Of a stretch of DNA of 16,105 bases, positions 8,797 to 16,105 are shown piece by piece; the first letter of the stretch is position 1; every line of letters starts with the position of its first letter. Origin of the DNA: Abditibacteriaceae bacterium (GTDB lineage Bacteria; Armatimonadota; Abditibacteriia; Abditibacteriales; Abditibacteriaceae); assembly GCA_031372065.1 (NCBI GenBank), contig JANMKN010000056.1, positions 1 through 16,105 on the forward strand, read 5' to 3'. The notes below the pieces were generated by a model. The model made no database searches and was not told the origin of the DNA. It was given only the letters and a program-made list of their open reading frames with translations. The position numbers were made by a program, and so were the translations under genes.

Positions 8797-9924
8797 ATGA
8801 AAAAGAATTTTTGGTCAACAAGGGCAATCGGCGCGCTGCTGCTGGCAAGTGGCGCACTCGTGCGGCCTGCGCAAGCCGCCGAGCCGCTTTATCAGGAAAC
8901 ATTTGAAGCCAATGACGGCGGTTGGACGCCGATGGGCGACACCGCCAAAGTGAAATGGGAACAGCAGGCGGACAACGTCAAGGAAGGCAAAGGCGCCTTG
9001 CGTTTCGATTACAGCATCGCGGCGGGCCAAATCAATTTGCTCGGCATTCCGGCGCCAGAGCGCCCTTTTGCCACGCTGCAAGCCATCACATTTTGGGTCA
9101 AGGCCAGCCACGACGCGCCGATGGCTTTTGTGCTGCAAGAACAAAACGGCGGGCGCTTCACGTCGCAGTTTTTCGCCCCGAAAAATAAATGGCAGCGCGT
9201 CGAACTCAAACCCGCCGATTTTGTGCTGCAAGAAGGCAACGACGACCCCAAAGACGCCAACGGCAAGCTGGATTTAGACAAAATCGAAGGCGCCGCACTG
9301 GTAGATTTCGGTCAAGTCTTGGCGCAATTCGCGGCGGGGCCAAATAACCCGCTGGCCCAACTTTTGAACGTGAAAACCGGGCCGCGCACTTTATATATAG
9401 ATGATGTCACCTTCAGCGCCACGCCGTTAGCAGGCGAACCGGCGCCCGATGCCACCTTGATTGATGGCTTCACGCGCCCGCAAGCCGCATGGTTTAGCAT
9501 CGGCGACATAGGACTGCAAAACATCAAAGACGAAAACCCTGAAAACAACGCGCTACAAGCCGACTACTGGCAGGAACCGAACCACCTTGTTGCCATCGTT
9601 AAGCCCGTTTCGCGCGGCGTTTTCGTCAACAAAAGCGGTCTTTCTCTCAATGCCGCCTCCAAACAGCGCGCCATTCTCATTGTGCAATTGGAAGAGCATA
9701 GCGGCGGCAAATACAACACAATGCTTGAAGTGCCCGGCAAAGCTGCGCCCACGCCCGTGACGCTTTTATTCAAAGATTTCAAGCCCGCCGACGACTCGAA
9801 AGACAACAATAATCGCCTTGATTTGGATCAAGTCAAGCAACTGCTCATCATTGACCTGACCGGCCTCATCGGACAAGCCAACACGCTTAATACGCTCTGG
9901 CTCAATCACATTCACGTTAAGTAG
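8797..9924 (+). CDS. Secreted protein with two tandem CBM11/CIA30-like (galactose-binding fold) domains
   Basis: GAAGGGG RBS before ATG 8797; signal peptide ending in AQA; EGKGALRFDY, ITFWVKA, WQRVELKPADF, LDLDKI and LYIDDV motifs. A second homologous domain ends in LDLDQVKQL...LWLNHI. Confidence 0.75.
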   Translation: MKKNFWSTRAIGALLLASGALVRPAQAAEPLYQETFEANDGGWTPMGDTAKVKWEQQADNVKEGKGALRFDYSIAAGQINLLGIPAPERPFATLQAITFWVKASHDAPMAFVLQEQNGGRFTSQFFAPKNKWQRVELKPADFVLQEGNDDPKDANGKLDLDKIEGAALVDFGQVLAQFAAGPNNPLAQLLNVKTGPRTLYIDDVTFSATPLAGEPAPDATLIDGFTRPQAAWFSIGDIGLQNIKDENPENNALQADYWQEPNHLVAIVKPVSRGVFVNKSGLSLNAASKQRAILIVQLEEHSGGKYNTMLEVPGKAAPTPVTLLFKDFKPADDSKDNNNRLDLDQVKQLLIIDLTGLIGQANTLNTLWLNHIHVK

Positions 9925-10007
9925 TGGTCGGTGGGCAGGGGGCGGGGGTCGGTGCAAGCACTTACTGCTCACTGCCTACTGCCTACTGCTCACCGACCAC
10001 CGCCCCC
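9924..10007. repeat. Inverted heptamer tandem arrays (STRR-like) between convergent genes
   Basis: actgctc-actgcct-actgcct-actgctc-accgacc-accgccc at 9964-10005 faces complementary G-rich heptamers at 9924-9954. Confidence 0.7.
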
Positions 10008-10009
10008 GT

Positions 10010-11245
10010 CTATGCCCATTTGCGATAAAAGCGCCATTCTTGATTGTGCGCGCCGGACAGCAAATCGGAATCGGAAACGCGATCCAGCGGCGTGAGAATC
10101 ACAGCGGGCGTATAAGCCGGGTGACAATTGCGAAAATGCGTGGTGCAGCGACGATCATCGTGTGTGCTGATCGTTGTCGTCGAAGTCGAAACCGTGGCGC
10201 TGCCCCAGCCATCCGACGGCAAGCGGCTAATGCCAAGCGGCGCATTTTCGCGGTCACGGCCAATTTCGCCGCACGTTGAAATGCCAGCATGACCTTCGGC
10301 GTCTGCCCACAATTCCAAAGCGCGCTTGTAACGCAGTTCACTGCCCAGACGCGGCGCCAAGCCATAATTTTGCATTTCCGGCAGCAGAAAATGATTGCTG
10401 CGCACTGCCATTTCATCGCCGTTAAACCACTGAAACGCCAGGCGTCGTGAGGTGCATTCGACAATCAAACCGCGCGTGGCATCGGCAAACAAAAATATCG
10501 AGCCGTAATTCACGCCGCCGCCGCCCAATAATTGGCGCGCAATTAAATCGTCAAGTGCGGGCACGATGTCATCCAGCGCTTCGCATTTTTCCGCCAAATA
10601 GCGCAAAACGTGGCAATCGTTGAGAACGCAGTCTTCATATTCGTCCGGCGGCACTGGCGAGCCGGTATTATTGGCGCCCGCCCAGTAATTTTCGGTGTGA
10701 ACGTGCGCGATGCCGATGTTGCCGACGTCGCCGCCCGCGACATAACGAAAACAATCGTCGCTTTGCTTGATGTAAAGGCATTGCACTTCGTCGCGCTCGT
10801 CGCGATTCTTGTGAAACAGCGTTTCGCCGGAAATCGTGCTGTCGCCCAGCGCGAAAAATGTGGTGCAATCGCCACCCATGAGCGGTTCATAGCCTTGCGC
10901 GTCGAAAGCGCTGACGATTTCGCCCGTCGCCGCATTATATAAAGGCGGCGGCAGGTATTCGTTGCCCCAGAAATCGGAGGGCAAGCAGTTGAGCGCCAAA
11001 ATTTGCGCAGCAGGAATTTCAAGCGTTTTCGCCACAGCGCGCGTTTCATCCAACCAATGCGGCGCGATTGCTTCCAGTGCGCTGCCGAATTTTTCAGCGC
11101 GCTCGCTCAACGCTTCGACCACGCTCATTTTTTCGGCGCGCCGTTTCGTGCGCGCCACGCGCTCTTTTAACGCGTCGCGCTGATATTCTCCGAGCAGCGC
11201 GCCGATTTCCGCCGCGCTGCCAATTAAAAAAACAGGTTCACCCAT
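10010..11245 (-). CDS. C45 family Ntn-hydrolase (autoproteolytic acyltransferase/peptidase)
   Basis: Pro-segment PHWLDETRAVA...ILALN; candidate nucleophile Cys127 in GGDCTTF; LFHKNRD; VRSNHF. Confidence 0.8.
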   Translation of the reverse strand: MGEPVFLIGSAAEIGALLGEYQRDALKERVARTKRRAEKMSVVEALSERAEKFGSALEAIAPHWLDETRAVAKTLEIPAAQILALNCLPSDFWGNEYLPPPLYNAATGEIVSAFDAQGYEPLMGGDCTTFFALGDSTISGETLFHKNRDERDEVQCLYIKQSDDCFRYVAGGDVGNIGIAHVHTENYWAGANNTGSPVPPDEYEDCVLNDCHVLRYLAEKCEALDDIVPALDDLIARQLLGGGGVNYGSIFLFADATRGLIVECTSRRLAFQWFNGDEMAVRSNHFLLPEMQNYGLAPRLGSELRYKRALELWADAEGHAGISTCGEIGRDRENAPLGISRLPSDGWGSATVSTSTTTISTHDDRRCTTHFRNCHPAYTPAVILTPLDRVSDSDLLSGAHNQEWRFYRKWA

Positions 11246-11246
11246 G
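11177..11246. repeat. 70-bp perfect direct repeat, copy 1 (the 5' end of the intact C45 gene)
   Basis: gcgctgatattctccgag...aaaacaggttcacccatg is identical to 12395-12464. Confidence 0.97.
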
Positions 11247-11253
11247 CGTTTAA

Positions 11254-12291
11254 TTATCTCAATTTATAGCGCCGAAAAGCGAGACCAGAGCCGCCGATTA
11301 TAACGAGGAAAATCAGAGTGGCAACGAAATAAACTTTTACTTTAAACGCATTGATTTCCGCATCTTGCAAAACTTTAATAGCTTCAAAACTATGCTTGCC
11401 CTCCGCCCATGTGAGCGCCGATTCGTCAGAAGCATTTCGATAATTCAAATCGGCTCCATGAGTGAGCAATACCCTAATGGATTCCGGCCTGTTTGCACCT
11501 GCCGCCAACATCAGAGGAGTCAGGCCATCATCGCCTTTATGTTCAATATCGGAGCCAGCATCCAAGAGCAGTTGCGTAATGGCCGGATCGCCGCCGATGG
11601 CCGCGCCACCTAAAGCCGTGTCGCCATGCGCGTCTGTCAGATTTATGTCGGCACCTTTTGATAATAGAAATCGAACAATATCGTCGTGCTTGGCTACAGC
11701 CGCGAAATGGAGGGCCGATAGTCCGCCCAATTTTCCTTGTCTGCCCTGCAATTCGATCATTTTGATATTGACGTTGCAGCCTTTATCCAAGAGCATTTGC
11801 ACAATCGAAAGATAACCACGATTGGCGGCAGCACACAAAACGGGAATGCCGCTTTTCGAGGCAGCAGACGGACTGGCACCTTGCGTTAAGAATAGCGATG
11901 CCGAGGCTGCATCTCCTTTGCGAACAGCATCAACCAAGTTCAAATCCACTAACGAAGTTGAAGGAGTGCAAATGGTGGCTGGCGGCACAGCAACTGACGC
12001 GATTAGAGGTTTGTGCTGCGCAACAGACGGCGCCGTAAAATGGCGAAAGATGCCGATTCCTAAAAGCAGCACGCAAAACAGAGCGGTGCCTATCAAAATG
12101 GTTTTGCGCTTCTCGGCCTCGAAAGGCGCTTTTTCCATTTGGCGCGACGCGGCATGGACAGGAGGAGAGCTTGGATTGGCGGCAGATTCACCTTGCTGAA
12201 CAGGCAACGTGGCGCGGCAAACCGCGCAGTTTTGGACATGGGGTGAATTCAACTCGCCACATTGTATGCACCGCACAGGTGTTAAAGACAT
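11254..12291 (-). CDS. Membrane-anchored ankyrin-repeat protein with N-terminal CxxC-CxxC zinc ribbon
   Basis: CIQC...CAVC; TM helix; about six ankyrin repeats (e.g. SALHFAA...LLSKGADIN, TPLMLAA...LLTHGADLN); C-terminal TM followed by RRYKLR. Lower GC than the flanking genes by eye. Confidence 0.9.
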   Translation of the reverse strand: MSLTPVRCIQCGELNSPHVQNCAVCRATLPVQQGESAANPSSPPVHAASRQMEKAPFEAEKRKTILIGTALFCVLLLGIGIFRHFTAPSVAQHKPLIASVAVPPATICTPSTSLVDLNLVDAVRKGDAASASLFLTQGASPSAASKSGIPVLCAAANRGYLSIVQMLLDKGCNVNIKMIELQGRQGKLGGLSALHFAAVAKHDDIVRFLLSKGADINLTDAHGDTALGGAAIGGDPAITQLLLDAGSDIEHKGDDGLTPLMLAAGANRPESIRVLLTHGADLNYRNASDESALTWAEGKHSFEAIKVLQDAEINAFKVKVYFVATLIFLVIIGGSGLAFRRYKLR

Positions 12292-12298
12292 CGTGCCA

Positions 12299-12304
12299 AT
12301 TATA
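12299..12304 (-). promoter_or_regulatory. Consensus -10 element (TATAAT) 7 nt before the ankyrin ATG; probable leaderless promoter
   Basis: The minus strand reads ggggTATAATtggcacgATG, with no Shine-Dalgarno sequence in between. Confidence 0.6.
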
Positions 12305-12394
12305 CCCCAAAAGCAATGTCATAAAACAGCGCAGCATTCTTATATGTAAGCCGTTCAAACGAGACATTCTACGGGAAGTTATATAAATAGCGCG

Positions 12395-12464
12395 GCGCTG
12401 ATATTCTCCGAGCAGCGCGCCGATTTCCGCCGCGCTGCCAATTAAAAAAACAGGTTCACCCATG
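12395..12464 (-). pseudogene. 70-bp direct repeat, copy 2: orphan 5' stub (23 codons) of the C45 gene
   Basis: Encodes MGEPVFLIGSAAEIGALLGEYQR, identical to the N-terminus of 10010..11245, then runs into unrelated AT-rich sequence. Confidence 0.9.
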
Positions 12465-12527
12465 TTTCAGAGTAAACCTAAATTCGAGATGATCGCCACA
12501 CAATTTTTGGAGATTCAAAAGGTTTGT

Positions 12528-12551
12528 GTAGCGACACACGGCGTGTGTCCT
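12528..12551 (+). repeat. GTAG-type REP-like hairpin
   Basis: GTAG-c-GACACAC-ggc-GTGTGTC: a GTAG tetranucleotide followed by a perfect 7-bp stem, intergenic and just past a stop codon. Confidence 0.55.
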
Positions 12552-12554
12552 TAG

Positions 12555-13070
12555 CTATTTCTGTGGTTGCGCGGCCAAATTGCCCAGCGTATTGAGCAAA
12601 TGGCCTTCGGCGCCAATGATAAAACTGGCTTCATCGCCGATTAAGCCGGTAATCGTGAGAAACGATTCCACTTTCGGCTGCTTGATGAAATCCACTTGCG
12701 TCTTGAGTTTGGCGATGGCTTTCGTTCGGCTGTCTTTGGCATCTTCCACGGAGCCGCGCCAATCGTTGAGCAGCGTAGCGAATTGGGTATTACCCGCTTG
12801 TTTATCAACCAAGGCCTGCGCCACTTTGCGATGCGTTTCGCGCACAGGCTCCAGCACGTTTTCTTCGGCTAAAGCGCATTGCACCACGGCGTCTTGCAGC
12901 GTTTTATCGGTCAACTCGCACCAGTTCATGGTGTCGCGCAGCGTTTTTTCGAGGCGTTGCAGCGCTTCTTGGCGCCTTTGTTCGGGGGAAGGCGCGGCGG
13001 TTTTTTGGGCCTGACAAAACGAAGCGCAACAAAGCAGCGCGGCGATGGTAAACAGTAAAGGGTGTTTCAT
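12555..13070 (-). CDS. Secreted alpha-helical hypothetical protein
   Basis: Start reassigned to ATG 13070 (MKHPLLFTIAALLCCASFCQA, a signal peptide). The longer ORF overlaps the divergent acyltransferase. Codon usage is host-like. Confidence 0.72.
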   Translation of the reverse strand: MKHPLLFTIAALLCCASFCQAQKTAAPSPEQRRQEALQRLEKTLRDTMNWCELTDKTLQDAVVQCALAEENVLEPVRETHRKVAQALVDKQAGNTQFATLLNDWRGSVEDAKDSRTKAIAKLKTQVDFIKQPKVESFLTITGLIGDEASFIIGAEGHLLNTLGNLAAQPQK

Positions 13071-13130
13071 GCCAAAATTAGAAACACAAGGCAGCCCCAT
13101 AAGGCGCGCCTTTGAACTGCCACTTTTTCT

Positions 13131-14330
13131 ATGAAAGCCACACAATTTCGCCCCGCGATTGACAGTCCGCGCACGCGAGCCTTTGCCAATTTGATGTCGC
13201 GTCCGGCGCTGCGTTGGGCGCGCGGTGTGCAGCGCGTGGAAATCGCAGGCGGCGATTTGAAGCGCTTGCAAAGTTTGCGCGACGAGCGCGTGGTTTTGAC
13301 GCCGAATCATCCGACTAACACCGATCCGGCGCTGATTTGGGAACTTTCGCGCCGCGCCGCCATGCCGTTTCATTATTTATGTTGCCACGAAGCCTTCGCT
13401 AAATGGGGCGGCTTGTGGGGCGCTTTAATTCAACGCATGGGCGCCTATTCGGTAGTGCGCGGCACGGCGGACAGGGCTTCGTTTGCCTTTACCAAGGAAG
13501 TTTTGTCCAAACCCGGCGCGAAGTTGGTTTTGTTTCCCGAAGGCGAAGTTTACAGCCAGAACGATTCGCTTTTGCCTTTTCAAACCGGCGCCGTGCAATT
13601 GGCCCTTTGGGGTCGTGACGCGGCGCGCAAAAGCGAGCCAAACGCGCAAATTTATCTGTTGCCGTGCGCGATTCGCTATCGCTTTTTGCGCGATGTGACG
13701 CCGGTTTTGCATGGCAAATTGGCCGATTTGGAAGAGCATCTCGCAATGCCAGACGGCCCCGGCGAATTGTATCCGCGAATGCGCCGCGTGGCACTGCGGG
13801 TTTTTGAAGAAGTCGAGCGCGAATACGGTTTGCATCCCGCGCCGGGCGAAGATGTTTCGCCGCGCTTGCAAGCCGCCAAAGAAGCCGCTTTAGCCCGCGC
13901 CGCCACGCTTTTTGGCCTCGAAATGCCGCGCGGCACCTTGCCCGAACGAATGCGCGCTTTGCTTTTCGAAGTCGAAAGCGCCATGCACGATTTGGAAAGC
14001 GAAAATGCCGCGCCCGATGCCGAAAACGTCGAAGCCTTCCGAGAAAGAGCTAACAACACGCGCCGCGCTTGGCGCGATTTACAGCGCCTCGCCAATTGGA
14101 TCGCGGTTTACGACGGCTACGCCAAAAAATCGCCGACGCCCGAACACATCGCCGAAGTGATTTATCGGCTGGAAATCGAAGTTTTCGGACACGCCACACA
14201 CGCTGGAACGCGCATCGCACGGGTGCGCGTCGGCCACGCCATTCCCTTGCCAGAAAAGGTTTCGCGCAAAGATTTGCCTGCGCTCACCTTGCAACTCGAA
14301 CAAGCCGTCGCAGCGCTCTTGCGCATTTAA
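13131..14330 (+). CDS. PlsC-family (1-acyl-sn-glycerol-3-phosphate/lysophospholipid) acyltransferase with long helical C-terminal extension
   Basis: Block I NHPTNTD (HX4D), block II GAYSVVRG, block III FPEGE, block IV LLPCAIRY. Confidence 0.88.
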   Translation: MKATQFRPAIDSPRTRAFANLMSRPALRWARGVQRVEIAGGDLKRLQSLRDERVVLTPNHPTNTDPALIWELSRRAAMPFHYLCCHEAFAKWGGLWGALIQRMGAYSVVRGTADRASFAFTKEVLSKPGAKLVLFPEGEVYSQNDSLLPFQTGAVQLALWGRDAARKSEPNAQIYLLPCAIRYRFLRDVTPVLHGKLADLEEHLAMPDGPGELYPRMRRVALRVFEEVEREYGLHPAPGEDVSPRLQAAKEAALARAATLFGLEMPRGTLPERMRALLFEVESAMHDLESENAAPDAENVEAFRERANNTRRAWRDLQRLANWIAVYDGYAKKSPTPEHIAEVIYRLEIEVFGHATHAGTRIARVRVGHAIPLPEKVSRKDLPALTLQLEQAVAALLRI

Positions 14331-14363
14331 AACAGGACAGCAGCACTCCTTTATTCCTAAACC

Positions 14364-14822
14364 ATGAACGAAACACAAATGATAGATGTCGGCGCTAAAG
14401 ATGACACGCAGCGCGAAGCGGTGGCGACAGGTGAAATTAAAATGTTGCCCGCGACTGTGCAAATGGTGGCAAGTGCCACGCTGCCCAAAGGCAACGCGCT
14501 CGAAACGGCGCGAGTGGCGGCCATTATGGTGGCTAAACGCACGCCGGATATAATTCCGCTCTGTCATCCGCTGCTGATTTCCCACGCTTCGTGCGAATTT
14601 GAATGCGACGAAGCGAACGGAATTATCCGCGCCACAACGCGTGTGCGTTGCAACGGCAAAACCGGCGTGGAAATGGAAGCGTTGACAGCAGTCAGCGCCG
14701 CACTCTTAACGATTTATGACATGACCAAAGGTGTGGACGACACGCTGGAAATTACGCGCATCGTTTTGCTCGAAAAACGCGGCGGCAAAAGCGGGGATAG
14801 GGTTAAAAAAAGCCGCGCCTGA
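14364..14822 (+). CDS. moaC: Cyclic pyranopterin monophosphate synthase MoaC
   Basis: MIDVGAK...REAVATG; KGNALETARVAAIMVAKRTPDIIPLCHP; GKTGVEMEALT; YDMTK; KRGGKSG. Confidence 0.96.
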   Translation: MNETQMIDVGAKDDTQREAVATGEIKMLPATVQMVASATLPKGNALETARVAAIMVAKRTPDIIPLCHPLLISHASCEFECDEANGIIRATTRVRCNGKTGVEMEALTAVSAALLTIYDMTKGVDDTLEITRIVLLEKRGGKSGDRVKKSRA

Positions 14823-14842
14823 AAATTCAGGCGCGGCTTTTT
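14805..14842. terminator. Bidirectional intrinsic terminator between moaC and the YceI-FKBP gene
   Basis: Perfect inverted repeat aaaaagccgcgcctgaa/ttcaggcgcggcttttt between convergent genes, overlapping the moaC stop. Confidence 0.92.
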
Positions 14843-14854
14843 GTTTATTAAATC

Positions 14855-15925
14855 TCAATTCACTTTCAGCAATTCAACATCGAAAACCAAAGTGGAATTG
14901 GGCGGAATGGCACCGGGGAAACCGCGCGAACCGTAGCCCAATTCGGGTGGAATGGTCAGTTTGCGCTTGCCGCCGACTTTCATGCCGGCCACGCCTTCAT
15001 CCCAGCCTTTGATAACCATACCAGCGCCCAGTTGAAACTGGAAAGGTTTCTTGCCCACCGATGAGTCGAACTGCGTGCCATCGGTTAATTTTCCCGTGTA
15101 ATGAACGGTCACATTGTCGCCCGCTTTGGCTTCGGCGCCGTCGCCAACTTTTACGTCTTCAATTTCTAAACCATTTGCCATTTTTCTTTTGCCTCCGTTA
15201 TTTTCTGCCACTTCTGGGTCTGCCTTGACTTGTGCGCCTTCGGGCATCGAAGAACGCGTGCTGGCGAAAACATTCACCGTCACGGTTTCTTCGTTGGCGA
15301 CTTTCAATTTCGCGGGCGCCGGAACCATGATGCCGAATTCGTCCAACTTGATAGGAAACGTCGCTTTGATATACAGCAAATCGCCCGGCAAACGTCCCTT
15401 CGTGTTTTCATCGGCGGGCAAGGCAGTCACTTCCACATCGGCCATGACCGGCTTGGTGACACCATGCAATTCCATGTCGCCTTCGGCTTTGAACTTTCGC
15501 ATTTTGCCCGGCACCAGCACTTGCACATCGCGCGTGATGCCGACCAATTTGCGCAACGTGAAAATCGCTTTGGGATTTTTCGCCACGTTCAGCCATTTGT
15601 CGCCGCGCATAATGTCGTCGCGCGCTTTGATGCCGGTTTCCAGCGACGCTAAATCTAATACAAAACGCGCCTTAGGGCCGTTGATCGCGTTTTGCGGGTC
15701 AACTTTTACTTCGGCGGTCACGTTGCCGGTGCGAGTCAGCATGGTTTCCAGCGGCGCGTCCGACAAAATCATCACTAAATTGCGTTGCGCTTCATCATTC
15801 GCATAATAGACGCGATAGGCGCCTTGCGCGGCCATCGCCACGAAGGTAAGGCCGGTTAATCCGACACAAGTGGCCCCGCCTTGAAGTATTCGCTTTTGAA
15901 GCGTTCGCTTTTGTCCTTGTTTCAT
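14855..15925 (-). CDS. Secreted YceI-like lipid-binding domain fused to an FKBP-type peptidyl-prolyl cis-trans isomerase
   Basis: Signal-like N-terminus. YceI motifs [12 protein letters not shown]...[12 protein letters not shown]...[12 protein letters not shown]...LDEFGI. Complete FKBP domain VHYTGKL-DG-FDSS...VIKGWDEG...[15 protein letters not shown]...[14 protein letters not shown]. Confidence 0.92.
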   Translation of the reverse strand: MKQGQKRTLQKRILQGGATCVGLTGLTFVAMAAQGAYRVYYANDEAQRNLVMILSDAPLETMLTRTGNVTAEVKVDPQNAINGPKARFVLDLASLETGIKARDDIMRGDKWLNVAKNPKAIFTLRKLVGITRDVQVLVPGKMRKFKAEGDMELHGVTKPVMADVEVTALPADENTKGRLPGDLLYIKATFPIKLDEFGIMVPAPAKLKVANEETVTVNVFASTRSSMPEGAQVKADPEVAENNGGKRKMANGLEIEDVKVGDGAEAKAGDNVTVHYTGKLTDGTQFDSSVGKKPFQFQLGAGMVIKGWDEGVAGMKVGGKRKLTIPPELGYGSRGFPGAIPPNSTLVFDVELLKVN

Positions 15926-16044
15926 CGTTTGAATCCTTCTACTTTCAATTGAATCCGATACAGACTTGTATTCGCCGTGATGTAAAGCATTTTGCGGTCA
16001 GCCCCGCCAAAAGCGAGATTCGTTGTGCCTTCGGGCAACGCCAA
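15922..16044 (-). pseudogene. C-terminal fragment of an SMP-30/gluconolactonase/LRE family gene
   Basis: Manual translation gives [40 protein letters not shown], the typical final propeller blade of this family. The stop overlaps the YceI-FKBP start (ATGA). In-frame sequence further upstream does not resemble the family. Confidence 0.65.
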
Positions 16045-16105
16045 CGGGCTTTTTCTCAATCGCGAAAACCAATTGTTGGCTTGTGAGCATTCCAATCGCC
16101 GCGTT

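Noticed and set aside
12188..12463. 91-aa ORF starting with the C45 N-terminus
   Set aside because: Only the first 23 aa are genuine. The rest is read-through into the cassette's promoter region and overlaps the ankyrin gene out of frame.
11177..12464. Direct repeat as a CRISPR array, DGR TR/VR pair or IS target duplication
   Set aside because: There are only two copies, they are identical with no adenine-specific mismatches, no RT, cas or transposase gene is present, and 70 bp is too long for a typical TSD.
13071..13373. N-terminal extension of the 272-aa minus-strand ORF
   Set aside because: It overlaps the divergent acyltransferase, and the signal peptide begins at 13070.
14364..14822. 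moaC isolated from other molybdenum cofactor genes
   Set aside because: Scattered moa genes are common, so this is not unusual by itself.

Overview
Bacterial chromosomal window, GC-rich by eye, with no rRNA, tRNA, CRISPR array, integrase or transposase. From left to right it contains: a 1655-aa secreted multi-domain surface protein/adhesin on the minus strand; a Crp/Fnr regulator immediately upstream of it, with two tandem CRP-box palindromes in the intergenic region between them; a Spy/CpxP-like protein and a small membrane protein; a secreted esterase; a REP doublet; a secreted protein with two CBM11/CIA30-like domains; a C45 Ntn-hydrolase; a membrane-anchored ankyrin protein; a secreted hypothetical protein; a PlsC-type acyltransferase; moaC; a YceI-FKBP fusion; and an orphan 3' fragment of a gluconolactonase gene. 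The most notable structure is a ~1.15-kb, lower-GC ankyrin cassette flanked by a perfect 70-bp direct repeat. The repeat is the start codon region and first 23 codons of the C45 gene, so the insertion appears to have rebuilt its target gene without any recombinase in view. Domain calls come from motif recognition, not database searches.
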